DNA of 64,000 nt, taken from the NCBI GenBank assembly GCA_976226885.1, contig OZ320316.1, forward strand, positions 94,922,001-94,986,000, read 5' to 3'. The position numbers and the translations under genes were made by a program. The notes under the pieces are model-generated. The model saw only the letters and a program-made list of their open reading frames with translations. It had not been told where the DNA came from and did no database searches. Within the stretch, counting starts at the first letter, position 1, and every line of letters starts with the position of its first letter. Of this stretch, positions 26,102 to 37,692 are shown piece after piece. Source of the stretch: Iphione sp. A-MEVVRFRX5 (lineage: Eukaryota).

Positions 26102-26133
26102 TCTTCAGAACCATGCTGGAATTCTGGATGTGA
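26102..26133 (+). CDS. CEP170: Candidate alternative terminal coding exon (IFRTMLEFWM-stop)
   Basis: Strong pyrimidine-rich acceptor tgtttcccttatcttattatagcag|, phase-1 compatible with the donor at 25012, followed by UTR-like sequence and AATAAA at 26403. Confidence 0.35.
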
Positions 26134-26402
26134 TGACAATGTGGTGATGATCAGTCTACCTCTTGTTTAATATCTTATGGCTATTTGACTGTCACCCCCT
26201 GCTTTCCCATCAGTTTGGGGATGGAAAAGCCACCGTTTAATGTAGAGGCTTTTGTTGTCCTCAGTTGTCATTTTTATATAGTATCCTGTTGATTGCATTG
26301 CCATATTGCAGTGTATTGTGCTTGTTATATTGTTATTGTTCATATTTGTTGTTGTTTTGATAAACCTTGCATGTATTAAGGAAAGATTTATTTACTTTAA
26401 CA

Positions 26403-26408
26403 AATAAA
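26403..26408 (+). terminator. Candidate polyadenylation signal AATAAA
   Basis: AATAAA with T-rich upstream and TTGTTTG downstream, about 270 nt after the candidate alternative stop. Confidence 0.35.
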
Positions 26409-27019
26409 ACTTGTTTGCGTATATCCACGTCCAGTTACATAATATACTAAACGGTTACTTTATCAAATCTTACATTGTTGAAATTTGAAATGGCATCACC
26501 AAAGTAAAAGTAACTTCTTATGCATGCATGGTTTTCTTTCTAAATGTTATTCACAGCTGTCACCAGAACAAGTTAAATTTGCATACCGTTTTTTGAATTC
26601 ACTGTAACAGCTTGTTTTGTCTTTCATAGAAATTACCAGAAACTGATAAAAAGGAACTAAACATAAGCTCCTTGTAGCAGTATTAGATGGCATATAATGT
26701 ATGGCTTAAACTGCCCAAACATTCTGTATCTTTTGGTGATTTAAAAATTGGTCTGGCTGTTTAAGTTGCAAATTTTCAACTGTATTTTAAATCTCAATCC
26801 AGTGACGTTACTGGTTATGACATTGTGGCATTGTTCTGTTCTCATTTACGCTTTGGTACTGTCACACAGTGCAGTGTTTTAGCTGAAAGTCTTTAAATTA
26901 TGGTAGTTTTTAAAATGACAGCAGGGTGAATAACATTTTGGTGTAGTTTCCTTCATTGAATGCTTTCCACATCAGTTGCTGTAACGTTACATTAGAAGAA
27001 CCGACCTCATAGTCGTTAA

Positions 27020-27370
27020 AGTGACGTCATATACAGATCTGTATGGCGTCTCCCCTATTTTGGTGACGTCATAGCAACTGCGATTGTCACATAACCTGTG
27101 ATGACGTTATCGAGAACCGTCCTCTTACCTTTGAGGACCTTCCTCGGGGTAACTACGCCAGTCCTACATATGACGTCATTTCCGGTGTCGCTCTCCTCCC
27201 TTCTCGAGCGCCCCCTAAAGACGTCGAAGCTGCACGTAGTGGTTGCCATAGTGACCAAACTATTGTCGTTTTTCTGTTGTCTCTTGCGTCCGGCCTAAGC
27301 AGTGATGGACAGCTCCAAAACCGACGACGATTACTAAGGAAGAGGTAGGGGTGTTGCCATGGCGACGGCT
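27020..27370. promoter_or_regulatory. CpG-rich cluster of RFX X-boxes and CRE palindromes in the last CEP170 intron
   Basis: TGACGTCA at 27022, 27064 and 27171. X-boxes GTTGCCATAGTGAC (27242-27255) and GTTGCCATGGCGAC (27353-27366), plus a degenerate third overlapping the CRE at 27064. Confidence 0.7.
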
Positions 27371-27377
27371 ACCATAG

Positions 27378-28140
27378 CTAGATGCAGTCATAGACCCCTT
27401 TTCTTATTCTCTGCGTTCGCTGCCCTCTCGTCTTTTCTCTCTGATTTTCTTGCAAAATTTCTACTTTCTTTAGTTTTATGTGTTGCCATTGACAACCCCA
27501 AGCATTAATCCCATCCATCCTCGTATGTTTGGCCGTGGTTCCCATCATGATCATGGCGTATGAAGTGCAGTAGATGTGCTGGCCTTTTGAACAATCAATT
27601 AAGAGGAACTCCAAAGGCTTGTATGTCTCCGTATGTACTAACACTTGTGCCTTTCGATATTGCCTCTTTCTGTCTGAAGAGAGCTGCTTGTTAATGCGTC
27701 CTACAACAGGCATACGACAGATAATTATCTCAAATGCTAGCCTATAAGCCCTTGGTGTCCCTCTGAGCATTTGTAACAGTTTACAAATATTTAACACAGC
27801 AACTTCTGGTAATTCCTGAAGGTGAAAATGGATTAGCCAGTTTGTCTTCAACAAAGATCACTCAGTAAAGCAACCAGTACTGTGTACTTTCGAAACACTT
27901 CGGCTTCGGAGAAGATTTGTCCAGGAAATTGGCAGAAATTAACATTTTATAGCATTAATTTTCTTTCACCTTCAGGAAGCAAATGACAGAACACAAAGCG
28001 TGACATAGTTCAAGGACTAAACAAATCAATTTGGCTGTGCAGTAATTGTACTTGTGATATGGTGAAGGGGCTGCCACATAACCAGCCAAGCCAGTGTAGC
28101 AGTGCCAGATACTTGAGCAAGCTATTGAGCAATATGTTCT
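27378..28140 (-). pseudogene. Decayed coding-like segment of unknown family
   Basis: 158-codon open frame (27854-27378), preceded after a frameshift by NILLNSLLKYLALLHWLGWLCGSPF...FCQFPGQIFSEAEVFRKYTVLVALLSDLC with two internal stops. Confidence 0.35.
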
Positions 28141-28200
28141 GATGCTATACATAATTGTCCTTAAAGATCATATCCCAACGTATGATGATTCAGTTTAATA

Positions 28201-28378
28201 CAGTCAGCCCTCGGTGTTCCAAATTCATTTTTATCAGGGAAGTTTATCTAGATACTACAGATTTTGGTACACCTTGGGAAGGCCCAACTTTACGTCAGGT
28301 TCTATGACGGATTGATCAGGGTATGGAGAGGAGGGGAAACTTGCATATACAGAGGTCCTTGATACTAAGGATTAACTG
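28201..28378. mobile_element. Tigger/pogo-like MITE with TA target-site duplication
   Basis: TA|CAGTCAGCCCTCGGTGTTCC at left; the right end reverse-complements to TA|CAGTTAATCCTTAGTATCAA. Most mismatches are transitions, consistent with aged TIRs. Confidence 0.55.
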
Positions 28379-29252
28379 TATATAAGCGGAGATATTGTCC
28401 CAGTAAAGCAATCTAGACTTACGTTTAGATAGTAAAGATAAAGGTATACGCCTTATCGACAATTGTACATATTAATGTGCTCTAATGGATTTAATGCAAA
28501 GCGATGTAGTAGTAAGATATTATTAACAACTAATGTGTACATAACGAGGCCTCAAATACACTGCCGGATTATGTTCTGCAGACCACTGCAGGGTTCACAT
28601 CTATATCTAAACAGTGTGACTTTCACATACACATAACACATATATCGTTTATACACAGAGAGAAAATGGGAAAGAGCAAATAAAACTGCCATAAACATGA
28701 ATATATGACAAATGACATTGTTTAATATTAAGGCCTGTGCCCTACAGAGACGTTTACAGTACATATTGTACAACATTATGGTATAATTTGTTTCAGTATA
28801 TTTCGTTTTTATAATATACATGTATATGTATTAGCGCATATATGAGTAAGTCATATTTAGCACTTTACTTCAAATATCGTGCAAGATGTATCCCATGTTG
28901 CCATTTTCTTATGATTATCCATAATTTTACTTATTTTTCGTCATTGCTCGATTTTTGTTCCAAGATAAGGTATCTTTATATGTCTTTTATTACTGATTAC
29001 GGTATCTTTCTTCAAAGCTAGCTCCGTAGGAGGGTCTGAATAACAACTTTTCGGTCTCTGGGAGGTTCGTGTGGTAATGATTTGTCAGAGTGGAACACTT
29101 GGGGATGAAATAAACCAAGTTTTCTTTTCTTTCCTCGGTTACATGACTGACACAATTTGTGTCAAAGTTTTAGTATCTCTACAGAAATTTACTAGTAAAA
29201 GCTTTTTCGATTACAAAATATTTTCAGATATTTATGTTTCCCTTCATTTCAG

Positions 29253-29503
29253 TCATCGACCGTGCATTGTTCCCCAGCAAGCAAGGCACCTCCTCTCCAG
29301 GCAGCCCTAAGGACCACGAACAGTATCTCCGGGAGCTGGAGAGGATCAGGACTGAGATCTCCGGCTTTCGACCCATCGAGGACCCGGAGCCGGAGAACTC
29401 CTCCAGGTCCTCCAGGCAGCCCCTGACCAAACAGCAGTCACGAGACTCAGACGCGACCGATCTCGACATCACAGACCCACTTGCTAGTGATGAGTATTAC
29501 TGA
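29253..29503 (+). CDS. CEP170: CEP170-like terminal coding exon
   Basis: Acceptor tttcccttcatttcag|, phase 1. Encodes (I)IDRALFPSKQ...EQYLRELERIRTEISGF...LASDEYY, stop TGA 29501-29503, GC-rich coding composition. Confidence 0.85.
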
Positions 29504-30576
29504 GGACCGAGCAAGTGAGCATCTTACAGAAAAATGAGCAAATTCAGCGTGCTTTAACTAGCATATATTTATAGCTGCATAATGACGTGGGACATTATCA
29601 CATGCAGAACAGACACACTACTGGAAGTTGTGTGATTATATAGCATTGGTCCTTCGTTGTAGGCCATTTGCATTTTGTTTACACTTGTTGCCACCAAGTA
29701 AAAACGTCGATTTCATTTGGGGCGACCGGTTGGAAGGTGTGCCTAGTACTGCTGTCCACTGAACCGTGGCGCCACCTATCATGTGATATCGTTTTCCTTC
29801 GAGGATTCTCGTGGGACTTGCTTCTTATAACTGCCAGGTGGACGTACATCCTGCACGGCAGGCCCCAAATCAAGAACTGTACACACAGAGAATGAGGATT
29901 AGGATCTGCTGCACCTTATGGGTTTCTGCCACGTTTCAGTTTTGGTCAACTCGGGTTATCTATCAATTATTTCATGAATCTCCTCCGGAGAGAGACAAAA
30001 AGACACAGATCAAAGGAAAAGGCATCAGTGGAGCTAGATAAAGTGTTTTAATTGTTCTGACAGTATAGAGTAAACAAACCACAACCATTTTCTCTTCTCC
30101 AGCACATCTTTCAGCCAGAAAGACTCTGAGCAGAGCTCACTATTATAGTTGGACACTTGTGAAACTGTCATGGCCGCCTTTTGCTTGGCAACCAGACTTA
30201 TGCCGGGCGACCACTGCCTGCGACACGGACTTCCGGTTGTCCAGTGACCTCCACGTCCGTTTTCAGTATTCCAGCTAACCATTCAAAGCACATGCTGTGA
30301 CCTTTGTTTCGTTTTTGTTAAGAAAAGGAAAGAGGAAAACCAGATGATAGTATTTTGGAGTAATAATTGACTTAGGCTTTTCCCCATATTAAACTGATGT
30401 ATATATATATGAACGCCAAGGCATCATTTCCGTGTAATTATGAAGATGTCATATGGACCAACCCATGTGGTGATAATGTGTAGAATGAAGATGTCTTTAT
30501 TATAGCGAATCATTTGACGGTGCTTGTTTTGCGAGTCGGTCGACTTGTTAAGTTTGAGATTGATATTTCCTTTTAG

Positions 30577-31155
30577 CCTCAGCTGTGGTCCCATAGCTGT
30601 TCTCAAAGGGTCCTTTATCCAGTGTATTGCTTGTTGTACATATTCTCGAACTGATCTGATTGTATAGTAGACGCAGTGCGAGCTTAACTGGTCACTAGAA
30701 ATCCTTACGTGTCTTTCTGATATTAAGATATAACTACTCTGAGCAGAGAAATAAACCTCCCTTGTCAAGATGTTACACATCTTTAGGCACAAGTATTGAA
30801 ATTAAATCTTTGGATTGAAGAATCCAAGGATAACATATGCCTGTAGGTCTATCATCTCCGCCTCCCTAATACCAAACATGCAAAGTCTGACCATGACTCT
30901 GTCCCTCTCTTGACGAAGACCAAAGATGCCAAACTAGTGTTTAAAAAGTTAGATACGATAATTTTGGAAGATCGAGGATATAAATCTACCGACGATGAAC
31001 TGCTGCTAAGGAATATTTTAAGGGTGTCAAGAGATGACATGGAAGCTTGCATTCGGGAGATGGAAAGGCACAGTATATACACGTACATCTATCCAGATAA
31101 ATCCTTTGAGATAACATTCACAACCCATAATGTTCCTGCTGTTCGAGGAATTTAG
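30577..31155 (+). pseudogene. Stop-interrupted coding-like frame, Leu/Cys periodic (LRR-like?)
   Basis: FSLSCGPIAVLKGSFIQCIACC...QCELNWSLEILTCLSDIKI / TTLSREINLPCQDVTHL*AQVLKLNLWIEESKDNICL*VYHLRLP...LVFKKLDTIILEDRGYKSTDDELLLRNILRV. Confidence 0.3.
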
Positions 31156-31399
31156 TACCACTTCTCACGATGGGGAAAGTTAATTCAATTTGGGAGATGT
31201 TCTATTGGTGGTAATCGCCGATTGATGGTGTCAGGGTAGTTTGTAAAACCATAACAAGGCTGACTGGAAGCTGTGCCTTTTTCTGACAATGGTGAATTGT
31301 TAACCATGGTGCTCCATCTCCTCTGCCGTTACAACCGCACACAGACACACACACACAGACACACACACTCACTTTAAAGTAAAAACGATCATGGCTTCA

Positions 31400-31430
31400 T
31401 ACATACATACATACATACATACATACATAC
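31400..31430 (+). repeat. (ATAC)n microsatellite
   Basis: acatacatacat... about 7 units, just downstream of a (CA)-rich tract at 31340-31370. Confidence 0.9.
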
Positions 31431-32806
31431 AGACGTGTCATCAAGCAAATCAGTCTGTCTCTGTCTGGATGGTAACAGTAAACCTTTTGGGAGCCTTAAA
31501 CCTGGAAATATTTGAAGAGAACAATGAATGTTCTGTTATACATGTTCTGTTATACATCTTCAACCATCATACCTATGAAGTAACAACAAGGAAAGGTTAT
31601 TTGATTTGGACTGAAGGTACAGGGAACTAAATTGTAGCGCAACCGTACATTCTAACAATGATATATGTAATGAAACAAAATTATTCCTATGTTCTTCAAT
31701 GGGATATATAGGATACTACTCTGTTATTTCTTTTCAATAGGTCATCTTTATACAATGGAATCAGGGTTTACTGGGCGAATTAATGTTCTGGTGAGCCAGT
31801 ATGTTTTTCGTGTTAAAGGACAGCTATGAAACAAAAATATACTGGCATTTTTTACAAATGTTACTAAGTTAAGTGCCAATTATTGAGACGTTTGACAGTT
31901 GTGTGACATGTTAAATAATGTTGGATATCTGAGTCAATCTTTCAGTTAGAACAAATAACAGTCTGGTCTTTAAGACATGGACCGATTTAGTGAGCACTAC
32001 TGTATAGTATCAACACTTTCAAGCTGCTTTCTGAAGCCACAGTGGAGTGCTTCCCACTTTATATAATAGGCGATATTGTACGTCCTCACGTGCATGCGTT
32101 TTATTATAAAGCCGACGCTGATATTGTGATGTTTTGTATGTAGGAAGCGGTTTTCATAATGGTAGCAGGTTTGTACAAGCCAGTTATATTCCCTCTCTGA
32201 GCAGGTCATTTTTGTACTCCTAAATGTAAATTCCTTTTGTAAATGTGAGCCACAGATTCAAATCGAGTTCTCAAAATTTTGCCTTTTCTGACATGCATAC
32301 TGTCTATGACATAGCGAGCAGCCCAGGTCGGATGCAGTATATGTAGATAATAGTTCTTGCGTCCTACTAGAGGGAAGCTTGAATGATAGCAAGACACTAA
32401 CAGATCCCACATAACCTTCCAGCTACGAACATATGTAATATCAACTGTACATTATGTAACTGAAAAGGGCAGCCAATGTTGGAGACTTAACTGCATGTCT
32501 AGGTTGCTGAGTATAACTGAAATAAGAACCTAGAGCGTGTTGTTTGGGGAACTGACTGTGGATCAATACCTGCATTTTAGGACTGTAAAATTCATGACAT
32601 CTGACTACCGGTGACAGTCGCGGTATTGGGGGTAATTACATGTACATGTACTATGAAAAGGGCCCATAGGACCGCAACAAGTGGTGTTGAGAGACTTCAA
32701 ATGAACCTCGAATAAGGCGTGGACAAGATCCATATGCGTGGAGACAGAGGAAGTAGAGAGATGTATGGGACGGGGGACAATTCTATGTCTTTCTTATAGT
32801 GTCCGG

Positions 32807-33262
32807 TTATGATTTATAATAATTTCTATCATATATTCCCGTGTCCCCTCTATGTCTCTTTTTTTTGTGGGCGAAATTTCTCCACGCAGGTTTGTGAGTG
32901 GTCGAAAGACCCCAAACCAAGTGTCGTACACAACTTGGCAGCCCTGCATTCCATGAGAACTTACTTATGTTCATGTTAGTTCGGAGTTGAGTCCAGTGAT
33001 TCAGACTTGTCAGTGCCAGGAATACCAAAATCTACCATAATCCTTTAGAGGCAAGGAAGTTTTTGAAACATCTCCGTAGGAAAAATATTGTAAAATATTT
33101 CTGACAAAACCATCGCTAAAACCAGAAAAGATCAGCAGTATATATAAGGCACCCTGATGGTAGATTGTAAAAACGAATTTTCCCGTCTCTGATAACATCT
33201 CTTTGGATCCGGAAATCCCAGCAAAGTGCGCATGCGTTGGAATGGCGCAATGTGAGATGTGA
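32807..33262 (-). pseudogene. 152-codon frame with two internal stops, unknown family
   Basis: SHLTLRHSNACALCWDFRIQRDVIRDGKIRFYNLPSGCLIYTADLFWF*RWFCQKYF...LW*ILVFLALTSLNHWTQLRT... Confidence 0.25.
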
Positions 33263-33918
33263 TCAGTTGCAGGACGCCGTCTCTCGGGCAGGGTTTTGTA
33301 AGTGTGCGTCTTATTTTTGTATCCTTGTACATAGAATAAGGTAATTAAAACAGATAAAAGCGGGCTTTGCTTGCTGCCACCAGTCCTCAGAGTCTTACCA
33401 ACTTTATACGCCGTTACCCTTTGATTATTACCATAATACTCAGTGCCTGTAATAAATATCGGTGTATAAAACAGCGACAGACCCTTCTAATTATTCGCTA
33501 TGATGTAAAATATTTCTTGCTGCTTAGCTCTTCCTGCTCATTATTGTGCTCTATGGACGTTTTTAAAAGTGTCCGCCATACCCACGATCGGGGAAGTCGG
33601 GCGTGTGGCGTCATGACGTCATGACGTATCGCCGGAACTTAACGTCGAACGCCGTTAATAAAGAGGATGGTGCTTCCCATAGACAGACTTTCGCATTCGT
33701 ATTTTTTTGTCTTACTTGGTTTTTTGTCGCATGATTAATTTTGTTAGAGATACGTGTAAGAAAAGAAGCTGTACGTAACTTCCATAGCATTTATGTGTAA
33801 ACGTAATTGAACCGCCAAAGTAATCACATTTTTTAAAAATTAAATATGATGAAGCGTTGGATTTTAAAACGAAGATGTAATGGTGCCCATGGGAAAATTG
33901 ATTTTGAACAAGTGAATC

Positions 33919-34539
33919 TTAATCTTGGAAACTTTCTTCAAACCTCTCCCAAAAATGTTTTATCTGGCATTTCGAGTCTCCCACAATTGGGTGGTGATTT
34001 TCATTGCCCACCATAATTTACAAGAAGACGGATTTTTTTTTAATCACGTAGAACCTAAATACATTCACCACAAAGCTATTGGCAGGCCTTTCCTCTCGAA
34101 GAGAGTTCAACACTTTTTCAAAAAAATCGATTATCTTGGAAATTGAAATTTCGTCCAAACTGTCTTGGGAAAACCTAGACAATCAGCTAAATAAATGGCG
34201 TGTAGTCGCTGACCACTGCAGCACACATTGGAAACATCCAGCCAAACACTATATAGGGTATGACACCCTGATATAGCTTACAAAGGGAGTAGTTATTTTC
34301 ACGGACTATTTAACCGTGGCTGGCAGTTCGTCAACATGGACATAAAAACCTTCTTTTGATCCAAGAATGCTAACGTGTAAGACAAATCGGACTAGGCCTC
34401 CCGCCACGGGATCCCAGGATGAGCATGTAGCTATGTGGTTGACAATCACATTAAACCCTCTAAAAGAGAAGTGGACGAATTGGTGAAAAGGCAGAATAAA
34501 TTTGTGCTTTATATATGATGCAGAGACATTGTAGCACAC
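33919..34539 (-). pseudogene. 207-codon single-frame segment with four internal stops
   Basis: ORF 34539-34306 continues in the same frame: ...FYVHVDELPATVK*SVKITTPFVSYIRVSYPI*CLAGCFQCV...FS*LSRFSQDSLDEISISKIIDFFEKVLNSLREERP...FL*IMVGNENHHP...FWERFEESFQD*. Confidence 0.4.
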
Positions 34540-36083
34540 TTAATTTACATATAAGAAGACCTATTATTATTACTAGCGTTGAACGTCTGATATTACTACA
34601 GAAATCTGCCTGATTTGATTTGGTATCCTTGTGAAAATGGTGTCAACCACCCTAACCTCTCTACATACAGACAAATACACATACACTGATATACAGGCAC
34701 GCCCTTGAGAATATTGAGAGTAAAGGATTATTTGTATGGTCCTACTTCCATACTTCATTTTTGCTGTGTGCTTTACCGTCTTCCTAGCAGGGAACTGCCT
34801 ATGCTGGAATTTGCATGGTCGCGCTGGGGTTTTCCGCTTGACTAGTCCCACATTCAGCACTCCTACTGGAATTTTGTGAACCCTGAGATCCTGAATCCTA
34901 CGCAGTATAATGATAATTACCACAATATTAGGACAACATCATATTAGATCTCTTGTTGTGACTGCAGTAGTGTCTTTAATGTGCTGTTTTGTAAAGATAA
35001 AGTTCGTACGAAAACACAATATAGGCTGTTTTTTTAAACATTAATCACCGATCGTTTTCGTTCAATGTGCAAATTTTGCTGGCATGATTTACATTGTATT
35101 TTAATTCTGAATGTACTGTGGCCATGCCATGTTCTCAACTTGGAGCAAAGGAAGTCAGTTTTACGTTCCTGACGGCACAAACTTTGCGCTTACATTGCAC
35201 ATCCAAATTCATGCCCCAAAGAAGCCTCTAAGAAGCCTAAACACACTCCTACACAGATACACTTACGTCTTTATTATATGGAAACCTGGATGTGCCGCCT
35301 GTGCACTATGGTAAATCACGACATCTAGTGGGAAGCATATGAACCATAACAGGAACAACAAGCGGTGACCACACCGCCCCCACCCCCTTCCGAGGCAGAG
35401 CTATCACGATTCATCTGTTAACTTCCACATAAACCAAAGGAAGGGTAGTCTGGTATGGAGGTCACCGGTAAACCATGTAACAGTGAAATCATGAATTACG
35501 GTCCCAACCTTGCTTTTTCGTCCATCATGAAAGGATTCAATATATGCATGTCGCTAATCTCTTCTCTATCCAACAGAGTCCTCCATGCCCAGCCATAGAG
35601 GGCGAAAGGGATATAAGTTGTTCTTGCATTGTTTCATATATATTGTACGTACCAAGGATGCGGAATGCGATGCGATGCAAGCGGCATGCGGAGTGCACCC
35701 ATGTAGAGTAAGAAGGTGTAGAGTAGAGCCACAGGGAAGGTTATATAAGGGTAGTTGCTAGTTTCACATGTCATTCTTGTTGCTGTCCTATTGGGATAAA
35801 GTCAGTTTCGTTATCTACCGTTATGTCAACTCATTTGTGAAGCGGCTATAATAATATAATTTGCACGTTCAGTGCTTTCTATACTGTTTTTTTCTCTCTT
35901 GAACCTCTCATCTTCCTTCTATCCTGAAGATACTTTTGATTCCCATGTGTCAAGGGCATAAACGGTAGAGGGAGAGTGAGCCCGAGCTTGGTAACCCGCA
36001 TACTACAGAATCAGTAGAGAAAGGTTGTGTGGAGAGACAGAGAGAGGGAGAGAGAGACAGAGACAGAGAGACATAGAGGAAAG

Positions 36084-36201
36084 AGAAGGTTGAGGGCAGA
36101 GAAAGGGGAACAAAGTAGGAAGGAAGGAGGGGGTGACAAAAAGAAAGAGTGAAATGGAGAGAAAGAGGCTGAGGAAGAGAAAGAGAAAGAGAACATAGAG
36201 C

Positions 36202-36246
<45 letters not shown>
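36084..36246 (+). repeat. Left arm of an inverted repeat pair (about 122 bp purine-rich unique sequence + (GA)~21)
   Basis: Reverse complement of 38674-38857, with only 3 differences in the non-microsatellite part. Confidence 0.95.
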
Positions 36247-36250
<4 letters not shown>

Positions 36251-37184
36251 TACACTGCACCATTCGATAATAAATGGTGAGGCACTTCCTGTATTCACAG
36301 AGGAAAACGTCAGTCCACACACAACGGCATGTGAACATACATTATTCTCCCCATGACTGCTTACACGCGAGGGTGCGTGCAGGCCAATGAATCGTACTGA
36401 GCGCAGGGGGAGCGTGAGTGAAAAGTGATGGGTGGGAGGGGGTAATGATATGAGGGAGGGTTTAGTAAAATGGGAAAGATTGTCGGGAGACGGGTAGACA
36501 GTGATGGTGAGAGAGGAGAGGGAAGCGTGAAATAAAAGAAAGCAAAATACAACTTTAGAGTGAAAAAAAAGAAAGAGAGGGTAGCTTTTATTATACATAT
36601 ACATGTAGGCGTGGAACTCGTGTAGCCACCGAAAACGTCACTAGAAGAAAGGCAAACGGAGGGAAAACCGGAGTATGGAAGAAAAGCATGAATAAAACAT
36701 ATGAGAGATACCTGTACACGTCGCTGTATAAATGCCTTTTTTACGCGTCTAAACGCAGCACACGCCAGACCAGTAGGCAACCATTGCGAACCGTTGCACA
36801 ATTGCGAATTGTTAGTAGTATATAAAAGAGAGTTTTCCCCAGGCATTTTAGACGCGATGTAGGCAGGTTACATAATGCAGCAGACCTGTACCAACCCGTT
36901 CCATTTTGAATGAAGTGTTTTTGAAAGGTATTAGAGTTATATTTTCGAATTAAAGGAGCGTGTTTAGCCTCAAACTCTCCGGCACTGTTTTCCCTAAAAC
37001 TTTTCTATGGACAGAATAGCCAGACAAGTATCCACCTCGGAACGTACTGCTACAGACCTATTGAAGCCCCAGGCTACTCCTTTTACAGCTAAGTCCCACG
37101 ATGATCACCGTGGACGCACCTGGGTGGCTTTCCTCTGCAAAGTGCACGCTGTTCACCGCATCATTTGTGTTTATAATTTATCCC

Positions 37185-37330
37185 ACCTCACGTGGGGTAC
37201 GGGCCATGCTGTTCGTGACGTCACTCCACACTACCCAATCACAGCACCGGTCAGGGGTCAACCAAACCAGGCCAGCCAATCAGGGTTCAGGAGGCCGTCG
37301 CCCGCCGGTCTCGCCCAGAGCCGGGCAAGG
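37185..37330 (+). promoter_or_regulatory. Promoter-like region: E-box, CRE, two CCAAT boxes
   Basis: CACGTG 37189, GTGACGTCAC 37215-37224, CCAAT 37235 and 37276, leading into a CpG-rich stretch. Confidence 0.6.
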
Positions 37331-37692
37331 AGAATAAACAAAACCGGCAGTGGAGTTGGGGCGAATGTGATTCAGAGGTCGTTAGAGCACATTTTGCACG
37401 AAACAGTGGACTTGTGACACACAGACATCGACTGCGGAATGTCCCGCCCGCAGACTGGAGTTTATTCTGGAAGCGGACGCGATCGCGACGTGGAGTTAAC
37501 GTTCGTTTAGTGCCAGGAGTCCGCAAGAAGCGGGGCGCGGAGAGGGAAGCGCACTGTTGTGTTGGTAGCGCTATCGCCAGTTTCACCGTACTTGGGTGTG
37601 TGCAGCGCCTATCACCTCTCCCAGCACCTCCTGCACCATCACCACCACCAGCACCGCCACCATCGCTCCTACCAGCCAGCAGACAGAAACAG
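37330..37692 (+). other. Candidate non-coding first exon of an unidentified transcript (start approximate)
   Basis: CpG-rich sequence downstream of the CCAAT/CRE promoter, ending in a consensus donor CAG|GTAAGT at 37693. The only short ATG ORF I noted is MSRPQTGVYSGSGRDRDVELTFV*. Confidence 0.5.

Noticed and set aside
27205-27222. CTCF-like site (reverse TCTTTAGGGGGCGC); similar partial sites at 35586, 39703 and 52505
   Set aside because: Several core mismatches or a 1-bp deletion; not distinguishable from chance without a PWM scan.
31813-31973. TTAA-flanked Kolobok/piggyBac-like MITE
   Set aside because: Inverted similarity beyond TTAAAG is too short and mismatched to support.
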